DNA of 64,000 nt from Thermoplasmata archaeon (GTDB lineage: Archaea > Thermoplasmatota > Thermoplasmata > RBG-16-68-12 > SOIM01), in the NCBI GenBank assembly GCA_023140195.1, contig JAGLME010000001.1:193146-257145 (forward strand), in the 5' to 3' direction. Position numbers and translations under genes: made by a program. The notes beneath the pieces are model-generated. The model made no database searches. It saw only the letters and a program-made list of their open reading frames with translations, and was not told the origin of the DNA. Positions within the stretch are counted from its first letter, which is position 1, and every line of letters begins with the position of its first letter. Below are positions 20,158 through 30,064 of the stretch, in pieces.

Positions 20158-21177
20158 ATGGACGTCAAGATGAAATCAGACAGGTATGCACGCCAGACCA
20201 TTCTTTCTGAGATTGGAGATGAAGGTCAGAAGAAACTGGATCAAGGCAGGGTCGCTGTGGTCGGTCTCGGGGCCCTGGGATCGGTCAGTTCATCTCTTCT
20301 CGCGAGGGCCGGTGTGGGCAAGCTTGTACTTATCGACAGAGATGTGGTCGAGCTCAACAACCTGCAGAGACAGATCATCTACACCGAGGACGATGTGGGA
20401 GAATCGAAGGCCGTGGTCGCCGCCGAGGCGCTCCTGAGCGTCAATCCAGACATTGAGATCATGGGCCTGGCCAATGATCTGAACCATCGGAACATATCAA
20501 GATTTCTGAACGATGTCGATGTCATTGTCGACGGCACTGACAACATGGAGACCCGCTTCCTTCTGAACGATTATGCTGTCAAGAACCAGATCCCGTACAT
20601 CTACGCCGGGGCCATAGCCACATATGGAATGACACTGACGATCCAACCAAAGAAGGGTCCCTGCTTGAGATGCCTCTTTCCCCGAACGCCGGTACCGGGT
20701 ACGCTGCCCACATGCGATACTTTCGGAATACTCAATACGGCTTCAACTCTCATAGCATCTCTCCAGACCACGGAAGCAATCAAGCTTGTCGTCGGTCACG
20801 GACCCAGGAAGACACTACTTATCGTCGACCCCTGGTACAACGATCAGAGGGAGATCGAGGTTTCCCGACGGGAGGACTGCGACTGCTGTGAGAAGGGGGA
20901 GTATGATCACCTGGACGCCAAGACCAAGGACGTGGTTGTCGTTCTGTGCGGAAGAGATGCGTGCTCAGTGACCCCCCCAAAGGGCTCAGAAGTCCCCCTC
21001 GCAGAGCTTGAAGAGCGGCTGTCGAAGGTCGGCCAGACCAAGACAGGCAGAGGCACGCTTTCCGTTTCTGTTGACGGGTATGAGATCATCTTGTTCAAGG
21101 ACGGCAGGGCCCTGATAAGGGGTACGGATGACGAGGCCAAGGCCAAGTCACTTTATTCGCAGTACATAGGGCACTGA
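20158..21177 (+). CDS. ThiF/MoeB-family adenylyltransferase (E1-like) with extra C-terminal domain
   Basis: RYARQ, GLGALG, DRDVVELNNLQRQ, CLRC...PTC...CDCC. Confidence 0.92.
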   Translation: MDVKMKSDRYARQTILSEIGDEGQKKLDQGRVAVVGLGALGSVSSSLLARAGVGKLVLIDRDVVELNNLQRQIIYTEDDVGESKAVVAAEALLSVNPDIEIMGLANDLNHRNISRFLNDVDVIVDGTDNMETRFLLNDYAVKNQIPYIYAGAIATYGMTLTIQPKKGPCLRCLFPRTPVPGTLPTCDTFGILNTASTLIASLQTTEAIKLVVGHGPRKTLLIVDPWYNDQREIEVSRREDCDCCEKGEYDHLDAKTKDVVVVLCGRDACSVTPPKGSEVPLAELEERLSKVGQTKTGRGTLSVSVDGYEIILFKDGRALIRGTDDEAKAKSLYSQYIGH

Positions 21178-21181
21178 GGAG

Positions 21182-21814
21182 TTGAGGTCTTTGAAGGTCG
21201 TTTCATTGCTTTCGGGTGGTATCGATTCTCCTGTCTCAACCCACATGCTGCTGAGAAAAGGCGTGGATGTGATTGCCGTTCATTATGATAACCAGCCGTT
21301 CACCGACGAGAAAATGCTGAACAAGACCAAGGATCTGATCGACAAGCTGGAGGAGCATTCAGGGAAAACGATGAAGAAGTACATCGTTCCCCACGGACCT
21401 TCGCAAGCGGCCATTGCCAGGAACGCTCACAGGAGGTACCAGTGCGTCATGTGCAGGAGGATGATGTTCCGTATCGCTGAACGCATTGCGGAGATGGAAG
21501 GCGCCGAGGCGATTGCCACAGGAGAGTCCTTGGGTCAGGTGGCCTCTCAGACGTTACCTAACATCAGGACCGAGGAACAGGCCGTGTCCATACCCATACT
21601 CCGCCCTCTCATTGGTCTGGACAAGGTGGAGATAGAGAGGATCGCCAAGGAGATCGGAACCTACGAATCATCGATCGGTCCGGGACTTTGCTGCACGATC
21701 GTCCCCGAGAAGCCGTCCACGAAATCAAGACTCAAGGCGATATTGGAAGAAGAGAGCAAGATCGACATCGAGGATCTGGTCGAGAAGGCGTTGGAAGGAG
21801 CCGAAGTGATATGA
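21182..21814 (+). CDS. thiI: ThiI-like tRNA sulfurtransferase, catalytic PP-loop domain only
   Basis: SGGIDS, CVMCRR, TGESLGQVASQT, RPLIGLDK, LCC. No THUMP domain. Confidence 0.85.
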   Translation: MRSLKVVSLLSGGIDSPVSTHMLLRKGVDVIAVHYDNQPFTDEKMLNKTKDLIDKLEEHSGKTMKKYIVPHGPSQAAIARNAHRRYQCVMCRRMMFRIAERIAEMEGAEAIATGESLGQVASQTLPNIRTEEQAVSIPILRPLIGLDKVEIERIAKEIGTYESSIGPGLCCTIVPEKPSTKSRLKAILEEESKIDIEDLVEKALEGAEVI

Positions 21815-22086
21815 CATACTATCTGCTGAAGCCCTGCAAAGGTCACGCTGGTTATCTGTCCAACATGAAGAAGAGGACCAAAGTGGACCTGAGAACGGCT
21901 ATCGGTCTCCTTGAATCGAACGGTTACGAAGTGATGGATATCAAGCATCTCCTGATCGCAAAGAAGGGCATAGAGGTGACAGTCTATCCAAACGGGAAGC
22001 TCCTGGTGAAGACCGATGATGAGGACGATGCCAGACAGGCTGCTGAAGCCATCTACAGCATCATACTCTCCGACTCAGAACCATAA
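21811..22086 (+). CDS. Small protein resembling the ThiF C-terminal (TBP-like) domain
   Basis: ATGA overlap with thiI. EVTVYPNGKLLVKTDDEDDA resembles EIILFKDGRALIRGTDDEAKA of the upstream ThiF. Confidence 0.75.
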   Translation: MTYYLLKPCKGHAGYLSNMKKRTKVDLRTAIGLLESNGYEVMDIKHLLIAKKGIEVTVYPNGKLLVKTDDEDDARQAAEAIYSIILSDSEP

Positions 22087-22116
22087 CCTTTTTTCCTATC
22101 TCCCCTATCTGGAATC

Positions 22117-22623
22117 GTGCCATTTGTACTCGACGCTTCTGCACTGCTTGCTGGGAAGGACCTTCTTCTCGAAGAGATGTTCTGCACGCCGCATGTTCTG
22201 GAGGAAGTGAAAGGAAAGGACCCGACTATACAGCTCATGTCGATGATCGAGACCCGGGTGGAGGTGCGCGATCCTTCGGACGAAAGCGTGACGAAGGTGA
22301 ATGAGGCCGCAGGAAGGACGGGCGATGCGAAGAGGTTGTCTCCGGCTGACGTGGGAGTTATCGCCTTGGCCATTGATCTGGATGCCACCATCATTACCGA
22401 TGACTATTCAATACAGAATGTCGCAAATGAACTGGGTTTGGATTACAGCGGCCTTTCGTTCCCTGACATCAAGAGGAAGGTCGAATGGGGATATCGATGT
22501 GTTGGATGCGGAAAACGCTTCGAAGAACCGATGGATGAATGCCCCATCTGCGGGTCAAGGATCAAGACCACGCCCAAGTCTACTTCCCGAATCTCCTCTG
22601 CCTCAGCTGATAGGAGCGAATAG
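22117..22623 (+). CDS. nob1: Nob1 PIN-domain endoribonuclease
   Basis: VLDASA, LSPAD, TDDYSIQNVA, C-terminal CxGC..CPICG. Confidence 0.93.
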   Translation: MPFVLDASALLAGKDLLLEEMFCTPHVLEEVKGKDPTIQLMSMIETRVEVRDPSDESVTKVNEAAGRTGDAKRLSPADVGVIALAIDLDATIITDDYSIQNVANELGLDYSGLSFPDIKRKVEWGYRCVGCGKRFEEPMDECPICGSRIKTTPKSTSRISSASADRSE

Positions 22624-23374
22624 ACCTCAAGAAATCGATCTTCCTGAACCCCGGCCAGTACACGTCCACGAAATAGAGTTCTGAATATGCGATCTGCCAC
22701 AGGAGGAAGTTGCTGATCCTCTCTTCTCCGGATGTTCGGAGTATTAGGTCGGGATCCGGAAGGCCGCCTGTGTACAGTTTTGACGATATGAGTTCTTGGT
22801 TGATGTCCTCCACAGCCAATCTACCTTCCTTCACATCTGACGCAACCGACTTTATGGCGGTCAGTATCTCTTCCCTTCCACCATAGGCAATCGCCAGGTT
22901 GTAGAGATAACCGTCATAGTCCTTGGTTATGTTCTCGGCGTGTTCGATGGCCTTGACGACATAGTCCGGCAGGAGGTCCCTCTGGCCGAGGACCTTTACT
23001 CTCACCTTGTACTTGTGGACCCTCTCGTCCTCGCCGGCCTTCATGAAGTTCTCGGCGAATAGTTTCATGAGCTTGTCCACTTCTTCCTTTGGGCGCTTGA
23101 GGTTCTCGGTCGAGAATGCGTAGACCGTCAGTATCTTGATGCCGAGTTCCAGACACCACTCCAGGACCTCTTCCAGTTTCTCTTTCCCCTTCTCATGGCC
23201 CCCTGTCTTTCCCAGGCCCAGCTGGTAGGCGTATCGCCTGTTACCGTCCATTATTATCGCGACGTGGTGGGGGATCTTCCCATTGAGTATCTCTCTCAGG
23301 AGCTTCTTCTCGTAGGCCTGATAAGCGGTCTCTGAGATGAGCCTGGAAATCTCTGTTGCCATCCGACGCTTCAT
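22580..23374 (-). CDS. uppS: cis-prenyltransferase (polyprenyl diphosphate synthase)
   Basis: HVAIIMDGNRR, YAFSTEN, YGGR, RTSGEERISNFLLWQ. Exact start uncertain (23362-23416). Confidence 0.95.
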   Translation of the reverse strand: MKRRMATEISRLISETAYQAYEKKLLREILNGKIPHHVAIIMDGNRRYAYQLGLGKTGGHEKGKEKLEEVLEWCLELGIKILTVYAFSTENLKRPKEEVDKLMKLFAENFMKAGEDERVHKYKVRVKVLGQRDLLPDYVVKAIEHAENITKDYDGYLYNLAIAYGGREEILTAIKSVASDVKEGRLAVEDINQELISSKLYTGGLPDPDLILRTSGEERISNFLLWQIAYSELYFVDVYWPGFRKIDFLRSIRSYQLRQRRFGK

Positions 23375-23484
23375 AGCGACATCGGATATTTTATCCTTTC
23401 TGGAAGGGGTCCACACAATCTCGTAATGTATTTATATCGAAGACATTCTCTCAAGAAAAAGGCCAGACAATCGGAAGTGCACTG

Positions 23485-24267
23485 ATGAAACTCAATGACT
23501 ATAGGCAGCTGACCAACGAACTGAAGAAGATCACTGATGTTCCAAGGCTGGCGAAAAAATACGGTCTTCACAACGAACTACTTCATGTCATATTCTCACA
23601 GAAGGTCTCGAGGGACACGACCAGACGATTCTACAAGGTGAAGAGGAATACGGGCAAGATGCTCTATCAGTGGAAGAAAGGCAGGACCTTCCTCCAGATC
23701 GCAGATGATCACGATTTTCCACCCACCATGATCGCAATGTTCGTCCTTCAGGAGAACAAGATTCCCAGGAAGCAGATTTGGAACCTTCTTCAGAACCCCG
23801 ACGATATCAAGGACAAGAGAATGCGGAAGGAGATAATCGAAGCCAATAAGGCGGACGGGGTCTACTCCCCAAACGGAATGAAAAGGCAGGTCCAGAGGGG
23901 TAAATGGGGCGAGAACAAGATGGAGAAGTGGTTGAACATCCACAACTTCCAGTTCGAGACCGAGGTCCAGATCAGGGGGAAATACAAGAAGACACCGGAC
24001 TTTCTGCTCAAGAAACCTCTGAAATGGGACGGGCAGGACAAGATATGGATCGAGTCCAAGGCTACCTTCGGGGATGCGTACGAGGTCAAGAGACACGTGA
24101 AGAAGCAGTTGGCACCCTACAAAGAGCTCTTTGGGGACGGTCTCGTGGTCTACTGGTACGGCTATCTCGATGAGCTGAGGGTCAACATGCCCGAAGGCGT
24201 TTCGATGACTGACGGCAGCAGTTTTGAGAAGGATTTGAACAAGATACCGAGAACGGGTCAGATTTGA
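23485..24267 (+). CDS. C15orf41/CDIN1-like (TPD domain) PD-(D/E)xK nuclease
   Basis: KTPDFLL...WIESKATFGD...QL..Y...FGDGLVVYWYGY, with an N-terminal helical domain. Confidence 0.85.
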   Translation: MKLNDYRQLTNELKKITDVPRLAKKYGLHNELLHVIFSQKVSRDTTRRFYKVKRNTGKMLYQWKKGRTFLQIADDHDFPPTMIAMFVLQENKIPRKQIWNLLQNPDDIKDKRMRKEIIEANKADGVYSPNGMKRQVQRGKWGENKMEKWLNIHNFQFETEVQIRGKYKKTPDFLLKKPLKWDGQDKIWIESKATFGDAYEVKRHVKKQLAPYKELFGDGLVVYWYGYLDELRVNMPEGVSMTDGSSFEKDLNKIPRTGQI

Positions 24268-24357
24268 CGTTCCCCCGGTCCAAGCGGCCAATCCTGTTTG
24301 ATATCATGACGATTCAGTCAAAACCCAAATCCTTATAGTCATCAAGTAGATTGTCAG

Positions 24358-24699
24358 ATGAGGTTCAGCTTGGCGAAATATCGAAAAAGGCCAGATGAAG
24401 GAGTACCGATAACTCGAGTTAGACGGCCATGGGTGAACAAAGGTGAGCTGTATGCCGTGGCTGACCAGCTCCTTGGAGCCTCCAGGATCAGGGTCATGTG
24501 CGAGGATGGCAAGTCCCGCATGGGAAGGATCCCCGGCAAGCTGAAGAAGAGGATGTGGATACGCGAGGGCGATCTGCTCATCGTGAAGCCCTGGGACTTC
24601 CAGGACGAGAAGTCCGATATCCTCTACCGGTACACCAAGACCCAGTCCAGCTACCTCAAAAGGAGGGGGTGGATCCCCCACAACATAGACGTGTTTTGA
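24358..24699 (+). CDS. eif1a: Translation initiation factor aIF-1A
   Basis: LLGASR..CEDGKSRMGRIPGKLKKRMWIREGD..YRYT. Confidence 0.96.
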   Translation: MRFSLAKYRKRPDEGVPITRVRRPWVNKGELYAVADQLLGASRIRVMCEDGKSRMGRIPGKLKKRMWIREGDLLIVKPWDFQDEKSDILYRYTKTQSSYLKRRGWIPHNIDVF

Positions 24700-24710
24700 T
24701 TGGGATTTAA

Positions 24711-25472
24711 ATGCTAGATGAGAAGAAGATGCGCCTTTTGGAGTCAAAGATAGACGCTTTCAGGATTCGGGAGAAGGATTCTGACGAAAGGAAGGTCATG
24801 GACGAGGTCTTCGATCAGGAGACCTTGATGTCCCTGTACAAGCTCTTCAACGACAGGGTCGTGGACACCCTTGAGTACTCCATCTCCACTGGTAAGGAAG
24901 GGAACGTCTTCTTGGGAACGACAGATGAAGGCGAATGCGCTATCAAGATCTACCGAATCTCTACGGCCACGTTCAAGAACATATCCAAGTACATCGTGGG
25001 CGACCCGAGGTTCAAGGGCATTTTGGGCAACCACAAGAAGACGGTGATGGCATGGGCCCAGAAGGAGTTCAAGAACCTCAACAGGATGTATGATGCCGAC
25101 GTCAACGTCCCGGAACCCTTAGGCTGTCACAATAACATCCTCGTCATGGAGTACATTTCCGTGGAAGGACATCCAGCGCCTCTTCTCAAGGATGTAAGAC
25201 TTCCAGCTCCCACCAAGGTCTTCCGTCAGGTCGTAGAGAGCATGAGGCTCATAGACGAGTCAGACTTGGTCCACGGGGACCTGAGCGAGTACAACATGCT
25301 GATGAGGGAAGGGGAACCGGTGATAATCGATGTCGGCCAGGCGGTGACATTGGGCCACCCTCTTGCAGAGGAATGGTTCATCAGGGACGTGACCAACATA
25401 GCAAACTACTTCTCCAGACTCGGCGTTCGTACGGACGTGGACAAGATGATCAAGAAGATCCGAGGTGGGTAG
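24711..25472 (+). CDS. rio1: RIO1 serine kinase
   Basis: STGKEGNV, AIKIYR, LVHGDLSEYN, IIDVGQAV. Confidence 0.95.
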   Translation: MLDEKKMRLLESKIDAFRIREKDSDERKVMDEVFDQETLMSLYKLFNDRVVDTLEYSISTGKEGNVFLGTTDEGECAIKIYRISTATFKNISKYIVGDPRFKGILGNHKKTVMAWAQKEFKNLNRMYDADVNVPEPLGCHNNILVMEYISVEGHPAPLLKDVRLPAPTKVFRQVVESMRLIDESDLVHGDLSEYNMLMREGEPVIIDVGQAVTLGHPLAEEWFIRDVTNIANYFSRLGVRTDVDKMIKKIRGG

Positions 25473-26013
25473 GACGCTGTTCGCGAGGATTCCCATGGAG
25501 AGGATCGGTGTTCTCATTGGGCCTGACGGAAACACCAAGAAGAAGATCGAAGAGGAGACCGGCATCACACTGGACATCGATTCCAAGACAGGCGAGATAT
25601 CAATAGACGAGAGCAAGGCGGAGGACCCATCATTGGCGCTGAGAGCATTGGATATCACAAAGGCCATTGGGAGAGGGTTCTCCGAAGAAAGGGCGCTGAG
25701 GCTGGTGGACCCTGAGGAGTACTTCAGAACCATGGACATCCGCGACTTTGCAGGCAAGAACAGGAAGAGGATAAACCAGCTCAAAGGTCGTCTCATTGGC
25801 AGCAAGGGAAAGACCCGGAGGATAATCGAGGAGCTCTCGGGTGTGGATATGTCCGTTCACGGGAACACGGTATCTCTCATAGGCGATATGCTTAGGATCG
25901 ACATCGCCGAGAAAGCGGTGGAGATGGTCTTGGAAGGCAGCGAACACGCTGCGGTATACAGATTCCTGGAGAACAAGCGCAGAGAGATCAAGATGGCCGA
26001 GATGGGTTTCTGA
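25465..26013 (+). CDS. KH-domain rRNA processing protein Dim2/Pno1
   Basis: RIGVLIG, AIGRGFS, GRLIGSKGKTR, GSEHAAVY. Confidence 0.92.
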   Translation: MGRTLFARIPMERIGVLIGPDGNTKKKIEEETGITLDIDSKTGEISIDESKAEDPSLALRALDITKAIGRGFSEERALRLVDPEEYFRTMDIRDFAGKNRKRINQLKGRLIGSKGKTRRIIEELSGVDMSVHGNTVSLIGDMLRIDIAEKAVEMVLEGSEHAAVYRFLENKRREIKMAEMGF

Positions 26014-26120
26014 GCCTTCTATGGTCGTCGTTCAATTGATTCCAGAAAGGATTAATAATCGTCCTGAGGTTAGGGTGAAAGAAAGGCATTATTGACAATC
26101 TAATGGATTGGAGGTATGAA

Positions 26121-28784
26121 GTGTCGAAATCCAAGAAATTCATTCTGTGGTTCAAGGAAATAAGAAAGAAGGATGTTCCTCTCGTCGGCGGAAAGGGTGC
26201 CTCTCTAGGAGAGATGATTGCGAATCTCAAAGGAGTTCCAGTCCCAAACGGTTTCTGCGTGACCACTGTTGCATATCGTCAGTTCCTGAAAGAGACTGGA
26301 TTGGACAAGTTCATTCAAGATGTTCTGTCAGACCTGGACACACATGATGTCAAGAACCTGCAGGCCAGGGGCGGGAAGATCCGGAAAGCGCTCCAGGCCG
26401 CTGATATGCCCAAGGAAATCGTATCGGAGACTAAAGAGGCGTACAAGACACTCTGCAAGATCACTGGCGTGAAGAACGTGGACACGGCGATTAGGAGCAG
26501 CGCCACGGCCGAGGACCTCGCGGACGCCTCCTTTGCGGGACAGCAGGAGTCATATCTCAACGTTTCCGGGGGAGATGACGTTGTCAGAGCAGTCCAGAAC
26601 TGCTTCGCGTCCCTGTTCACCGACAGGGCGATATCCTACAGGGAGGACAAGGGCTTCTCCCACTTCGATGTGTACCTGTCTGCCGTGGTGCAGATCATGG
26701 TCCGTTCAGATCTCGCGAGCAGCGGGGTCATATTCAGCCTAGATACCGAGACCGGCTTCCGCAACGTGGTCTTCATCAACGGCGCATACGGGCTGGGAGA
26801 GTACGTCGTTCAGGGCACCGTCAATCCTGATAACTTCTATGTTTTCAAGTCCACCGGCAAGGTAATCGACAAGAAATTGGGTCTCAAGGACAGGAAGCTG
26901 ATCTATGCACCCTCCGGCACCGGTGTCGTGGACAAGGAAGTGGCCGAGAAGGACAGGAACAAGTTCATCATCACAGACGCTGAAGCCGAGAAACTGGCGA
27001 AATGGGCGGTATCAATCGAGAAGCACTACAACGTGCCCATGGACATCGAATGGGCGAAGGACGGGAGGACAGGAAAGCTGTACATCGTTCAAGCCAGGCC
27101 CGAGACGGTTCACGCCATAAAGAAGGGTACCGAGCTCATAAGCTACAAGATTCCGAAGAAAGGGAAGGTGTTGATCAGAGGAGAAGCAATAGGTAGGAAG
27201 GTCGGACAAGGAAGGTCAAACCTGATACACTCCGTCAAGGACATGCACAAGTTCAAACCGGGAGAGGTCCTCGTTACTAGGTCCACAAATCCGGACTGGG
27301 AGCCGATAATGAAGAAGGCGGCTGCCATAGTAACGGACACGGGCGGCAGGACATGCCACGCGGCGATCGTCTCAAGGGAACTTGGCGTTCCATGCATAAT
27401 CGGTACAGAGAGTGGTTCTGAATCAATCCCACACAACAAGGACATCACAATTGACTGTTCGGAAGGCTTGGGTATGGTGTACGAGGGACTTCTGGACTAT
27501 ACGATTGAATCCACTGAGGTCGAGAAGTTGCCCAAGACCAAGACCGCGATCATGATGAACGCCGGGATCCCGGAGACCGCGTTCCAACAGGGTCAGCTGC
27601 CGAACGACGGGGTCGGCCTGGCAAGGGAGGAGTTCATCATCAACTCTCACATCCAGATCCATCCACAGGCGCTGCTGGATTATGACAAACTGAAGAGATT
27701 CGTGAAGAGAGGGTACAAGAAGGACATCGAGAATCTGAGGAAGGGAGACCTGGACAAGGCAGCCCAGAGGGAAGAGAAGGAACATGTGCTGGCCAAGAGG
27801 GAGTACTACCAGGATGCGCTGAGAGAGATCGACGACCTCACCAAGGGCTACAAGGACAAGACCCAGTTCTTCATCGACAAGCTGGCGTACGGGATCGCAA
27901 GGATAGGCGTCGCCTTCCACCCGAACGACGTCATCGTAAGGCTCTCGGATTTCAAGACCAATGAGTATGCCAACCTAATCGGCGGGAAGTACTACGAACC
28001 CCATGAGTCGAACCCAATGATCGGATACCGAGGTGCCAGCAGGTATTACTCAAAGGAGTTCCAGGCGGCCTTCGCACTGGAGTGCAAGGCTCTGGTCATC
28101 GTGCGAGGACGGATGAAGATAAAGAACATCGTGGCGATGGTTCCGTTCTGCAGGACGCCGGAGGAAGGGCGAAGGGTCATCAAGCTCATGGCCAGGAACG
28201 AGCTCAAGCAGGGCAAGGACGGCTTCCGGGTCTACGTCATGTGCGAGATCCCGAGCAACGTGATTCTTGCGGACGAGTTCTCAAAGGTATTCGACGGGTT
28301 CTCCATCGGGAGCAACGATCTCACCCAACTCACGCTGGGTCTGGACAGGGATTCCGAACTGGTATCCCACCTCTTTGATGAAAGGGACGAAGCGGTCAAG
28401 AGAATGCTTGCCAGCGTCATCGAGGCCGCCAGGAAGAACAAGAGGAAGATAGGCATCTGCGGGCAGGCGCCATCGGACTGGCCTTCGATAGCCGCGTTCC
28501 TGGTGGAGAAAGGCATCAACAGCATATCATTGAACCCGGACACCATCGTGAAGACCAGGGCGTTCGTATACGCGACCGAATGGGCCCTGAAGAACCGGAA
28601 GAGCATCTTCCAGCTGACCGAGAACCAGATAAGGGCGATCCCGGAACTCAAGGAACCCATGAAGACCACTGTCGTATCTGTCATGTGGAAAAAAGGAAAG
28701 AGGACCGAGTCCAGGAAGACCTCCCGAACGCCCCTTTCCGAGTTCGTCATAAATATGAGGAAGCAGGAGAAGCTCCCGACCTAG
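26121..28784 (+). CDS. ppsA: Phosphoenolpyruvate synthase
   Basis: VGGKGASLGE, RSSATAED, SFAGQ, GGRTCHAAI, FSIGSNDLTQ. GTG start after GGAGGT. Confidence 0.96.
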   Translation: MSKSKKFILWFKEIRKKDVPLVGGKGASLGEMIANLKGVPVPNGFCVTTVAYRQFLKETGLDKFIQDVLSDLDTHDVKNLQARGGKIRKALQAADMPKEIVSETKEAYKTLCKITGVKNVDTAIRSSATAEDLADASFAGQQESYLNVSGGDDVVRAVQNCFASLFTDRAISYREDKGFSHFDVYLSAVVQIMVRSDLASSGVIFSLDTETGFRNVVFINGAYGLGEYVVQGTVNPDNFYVFKSTGKVIDKKLGLKDRKLIYAPSGTGVVDKEVAEKDRNKFIITDAEAEKLAKWAVSIEKHYNVPMDIEWAKDGRTGKLYIVQARPETVHAIKKGTELISYKIPKKGKVLIRGEAIGRKVGQGRSNLIHSVKDMHKFKPGEVLVTRSTNPDWEPIMKKAAAIVTDTGGRTCHAAIVSRELGVPCIIGTESGSESIPHNKDITIDCSEGLGMVYEGLLDYTIESTEVEKLPKTKTAIMMNAGIPETAFQQGQLPNDGVGLAREEFIINSHIQIHPQALLDYDKLKRFVKRGYKKDIENLRKGDLDKAAQREEKEHVLAKREYYQDALREIDDLTKGYKDKTQFFIDKLAYGIARIGVAFHPNDVIVRLSDFKTNEYANLIGGKYYEPHESNPMIGYRGASRYYSKEFQAAFALECKALVIVRGRMKIKNIVAMVPFCRTPEEGRRVIKLMARNELKQGKDGFRVYVMCEIPSNVILADEFSKVFDGFSIGSNDLTQLTLGLDRDSELVSHLFDERDEAVKRMLASVIEAARKNKRKIGICGQAPSDWPSIAAFLVEKGINSISLNPDTIVKTRAFVYATEWALKNRKSIFQLTENQIRAIPELKEPMKTTVVSVMWKKGKRTESRKTSRTPLSEFVINMRKQEKLPT

Positions 28785-28832
28785 GATGGTCAGGGAATAA
28801 CTATAATAGGGACATAGTGTTATTTTTGGTCA

Positions 28833-29594
28833 ATGGACATTGTCCTGGTCTTCCTGATTCTTGTCCTATCCTCATTCGTGCCCCCCCTCATTTTAATGGT
28901 GTGGTTGAGGAACAGCGAGAGGTTCAGCAAGGAGCCCATGTCCCAGGTGTTGAAGGTCTTCGTTTGGGGTGCGATATTCGGTGTCATCATTGCATCCATA
29001 CTAAGCCTTGCAGTTCACTATATACTGGATTCGTTCGTGGACAGGGTCTACCTGTTCGGATGGGACCGGGACTTCTTCATCACTCTGTTGCTGGTGATGA
29101 TCATGGCACCCATCATCGAGGAGGCGGCCAAAGGTGTGGGGGTCTACACAGCCCACGACGAGATCACCGAGGCCGAGGACGGTCTTGTGTACGGAGCATC
29201 GGCCGGCCTGGGATTTGCCGCGACGGAGAACCTGCTCTATGGGATACTGGCCTTCTCTATGGGTGGGCTTGAGGTCTCACTCTTCCTGATAGGGCTTAGG
29301 AGCGTGTCTTCCGCTCTGCTACATGCCAGCGCTTCATCTGTCATGGGCTATGGGATCGGCAGGAGCATCGTCTCGGATGGTCGTTACAAGGTCCTTCCGT
29401 TCTACCTCGTCGCCGTCCTGATGCACGGGACGTTCAACTTCATCGCCTCCTTGCAGAACATGTTCGAGGGGGAGATCCTGGGCTTCAGCTTCGCCTTCAT
29501 CGCGCTGATCATCGCCATTGTCTTCGCTGTCTCCGCCATCACTATCGTGAGACTCAAGATAATGAAGATCGACATGGAACCCGGTCCGGTTTGA
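28833..29594 (+). CDS. PrsW-family intramembrane metalloprotease
   Basis: APIIEEAAK, GFAATEN, LLHAS, LMHGTFN. Confidence 0.92.
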   Translation: MDIVLVFLILVLSSFVPPLILMVWLRNSERFSKEPMSQVLKVFVWGAIFGVIIASILSLAVHYILDSFVDRVYLFGWDRDFFITLLLVMIMAPIIEEAAKGVGVYTAHDEITEAEDGLVYGASAGLGFAATENLLYGILAFSMGGLEVSLFLIGLRSVSSALLHASASSVMGYGIGRSIVSDGRYKVLPFYLVAVLMHGTFNFIASLQNMFEGEILGFSFAFIALIIAIVFAVSAITIVRLKIMKIDMEPGPV

Positions 29595-29617
29595 CCTCAG
29601 TTGGGTGAGTTGGTTTT

Positions 29618-30040
29618 GTGCCAGTGATACACGTTGCTGAAAAGGACATCGAGGAAATGATCCGCCACTCTCAAAGGGAGAGCCCCAAGGAGGCCTGCGG
29701 AATACTTGCCGGGAAGCTCTATGATGATAAGGTCCGGATCAAGAAGGTGTACGATTGCGAGAATGTGCACCCGAACCCAAACGGAGAGTATTTCTTAAAG
29801 CCAGAGGATCAGCTGAGGATATTCCTGGAGATCGAAGAACAAGAGGACATGGATATGGTCGGCTTCTATCATTCCCACCCTCACGGCCCAGATTCCCCAT
29901 CGCTCATTGACTCATCCAAGTACTACTGGCCGGGGTATCCCATGGCGATTGTATCCCTGTTCCCGGAACCGAGCGTGACCTTCTGGACCTACGAGAAAGA
30001 TCGGTTCCATCCCGTGGACATCGTCAGAGAAAGGTTTTAA
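29618..30040 (+). CDS. JAMM/MPN+ (M67) metalloprotease, desampylase-like
   Basis: EACGIL...YHSHP..PS..D. Confidence 0.92.
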   Translation: MPVIHVAEKDIEEMIRHSQRESPKEACGILAGKLYDDKVRIKKVYDCENVHPNPNGEYFLKPEDQLRIFLEIEEQEDMDMVGFYHSHPHGPDSPSLIDSSKYYWPGYPMAIVSLFPEPSVTFWTYEKDRFHPVDIVRERF

Positions 30041-30064
30041 TCGGCTTCGATTGATTGAGAGTCG

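Noticed and set aside
22580-22623. 44-nt convergent overlap of nob1 and uppS
   Set aside because: It involves only a non-conserved low-complexity tail, which is common in compact archaeal genomes.
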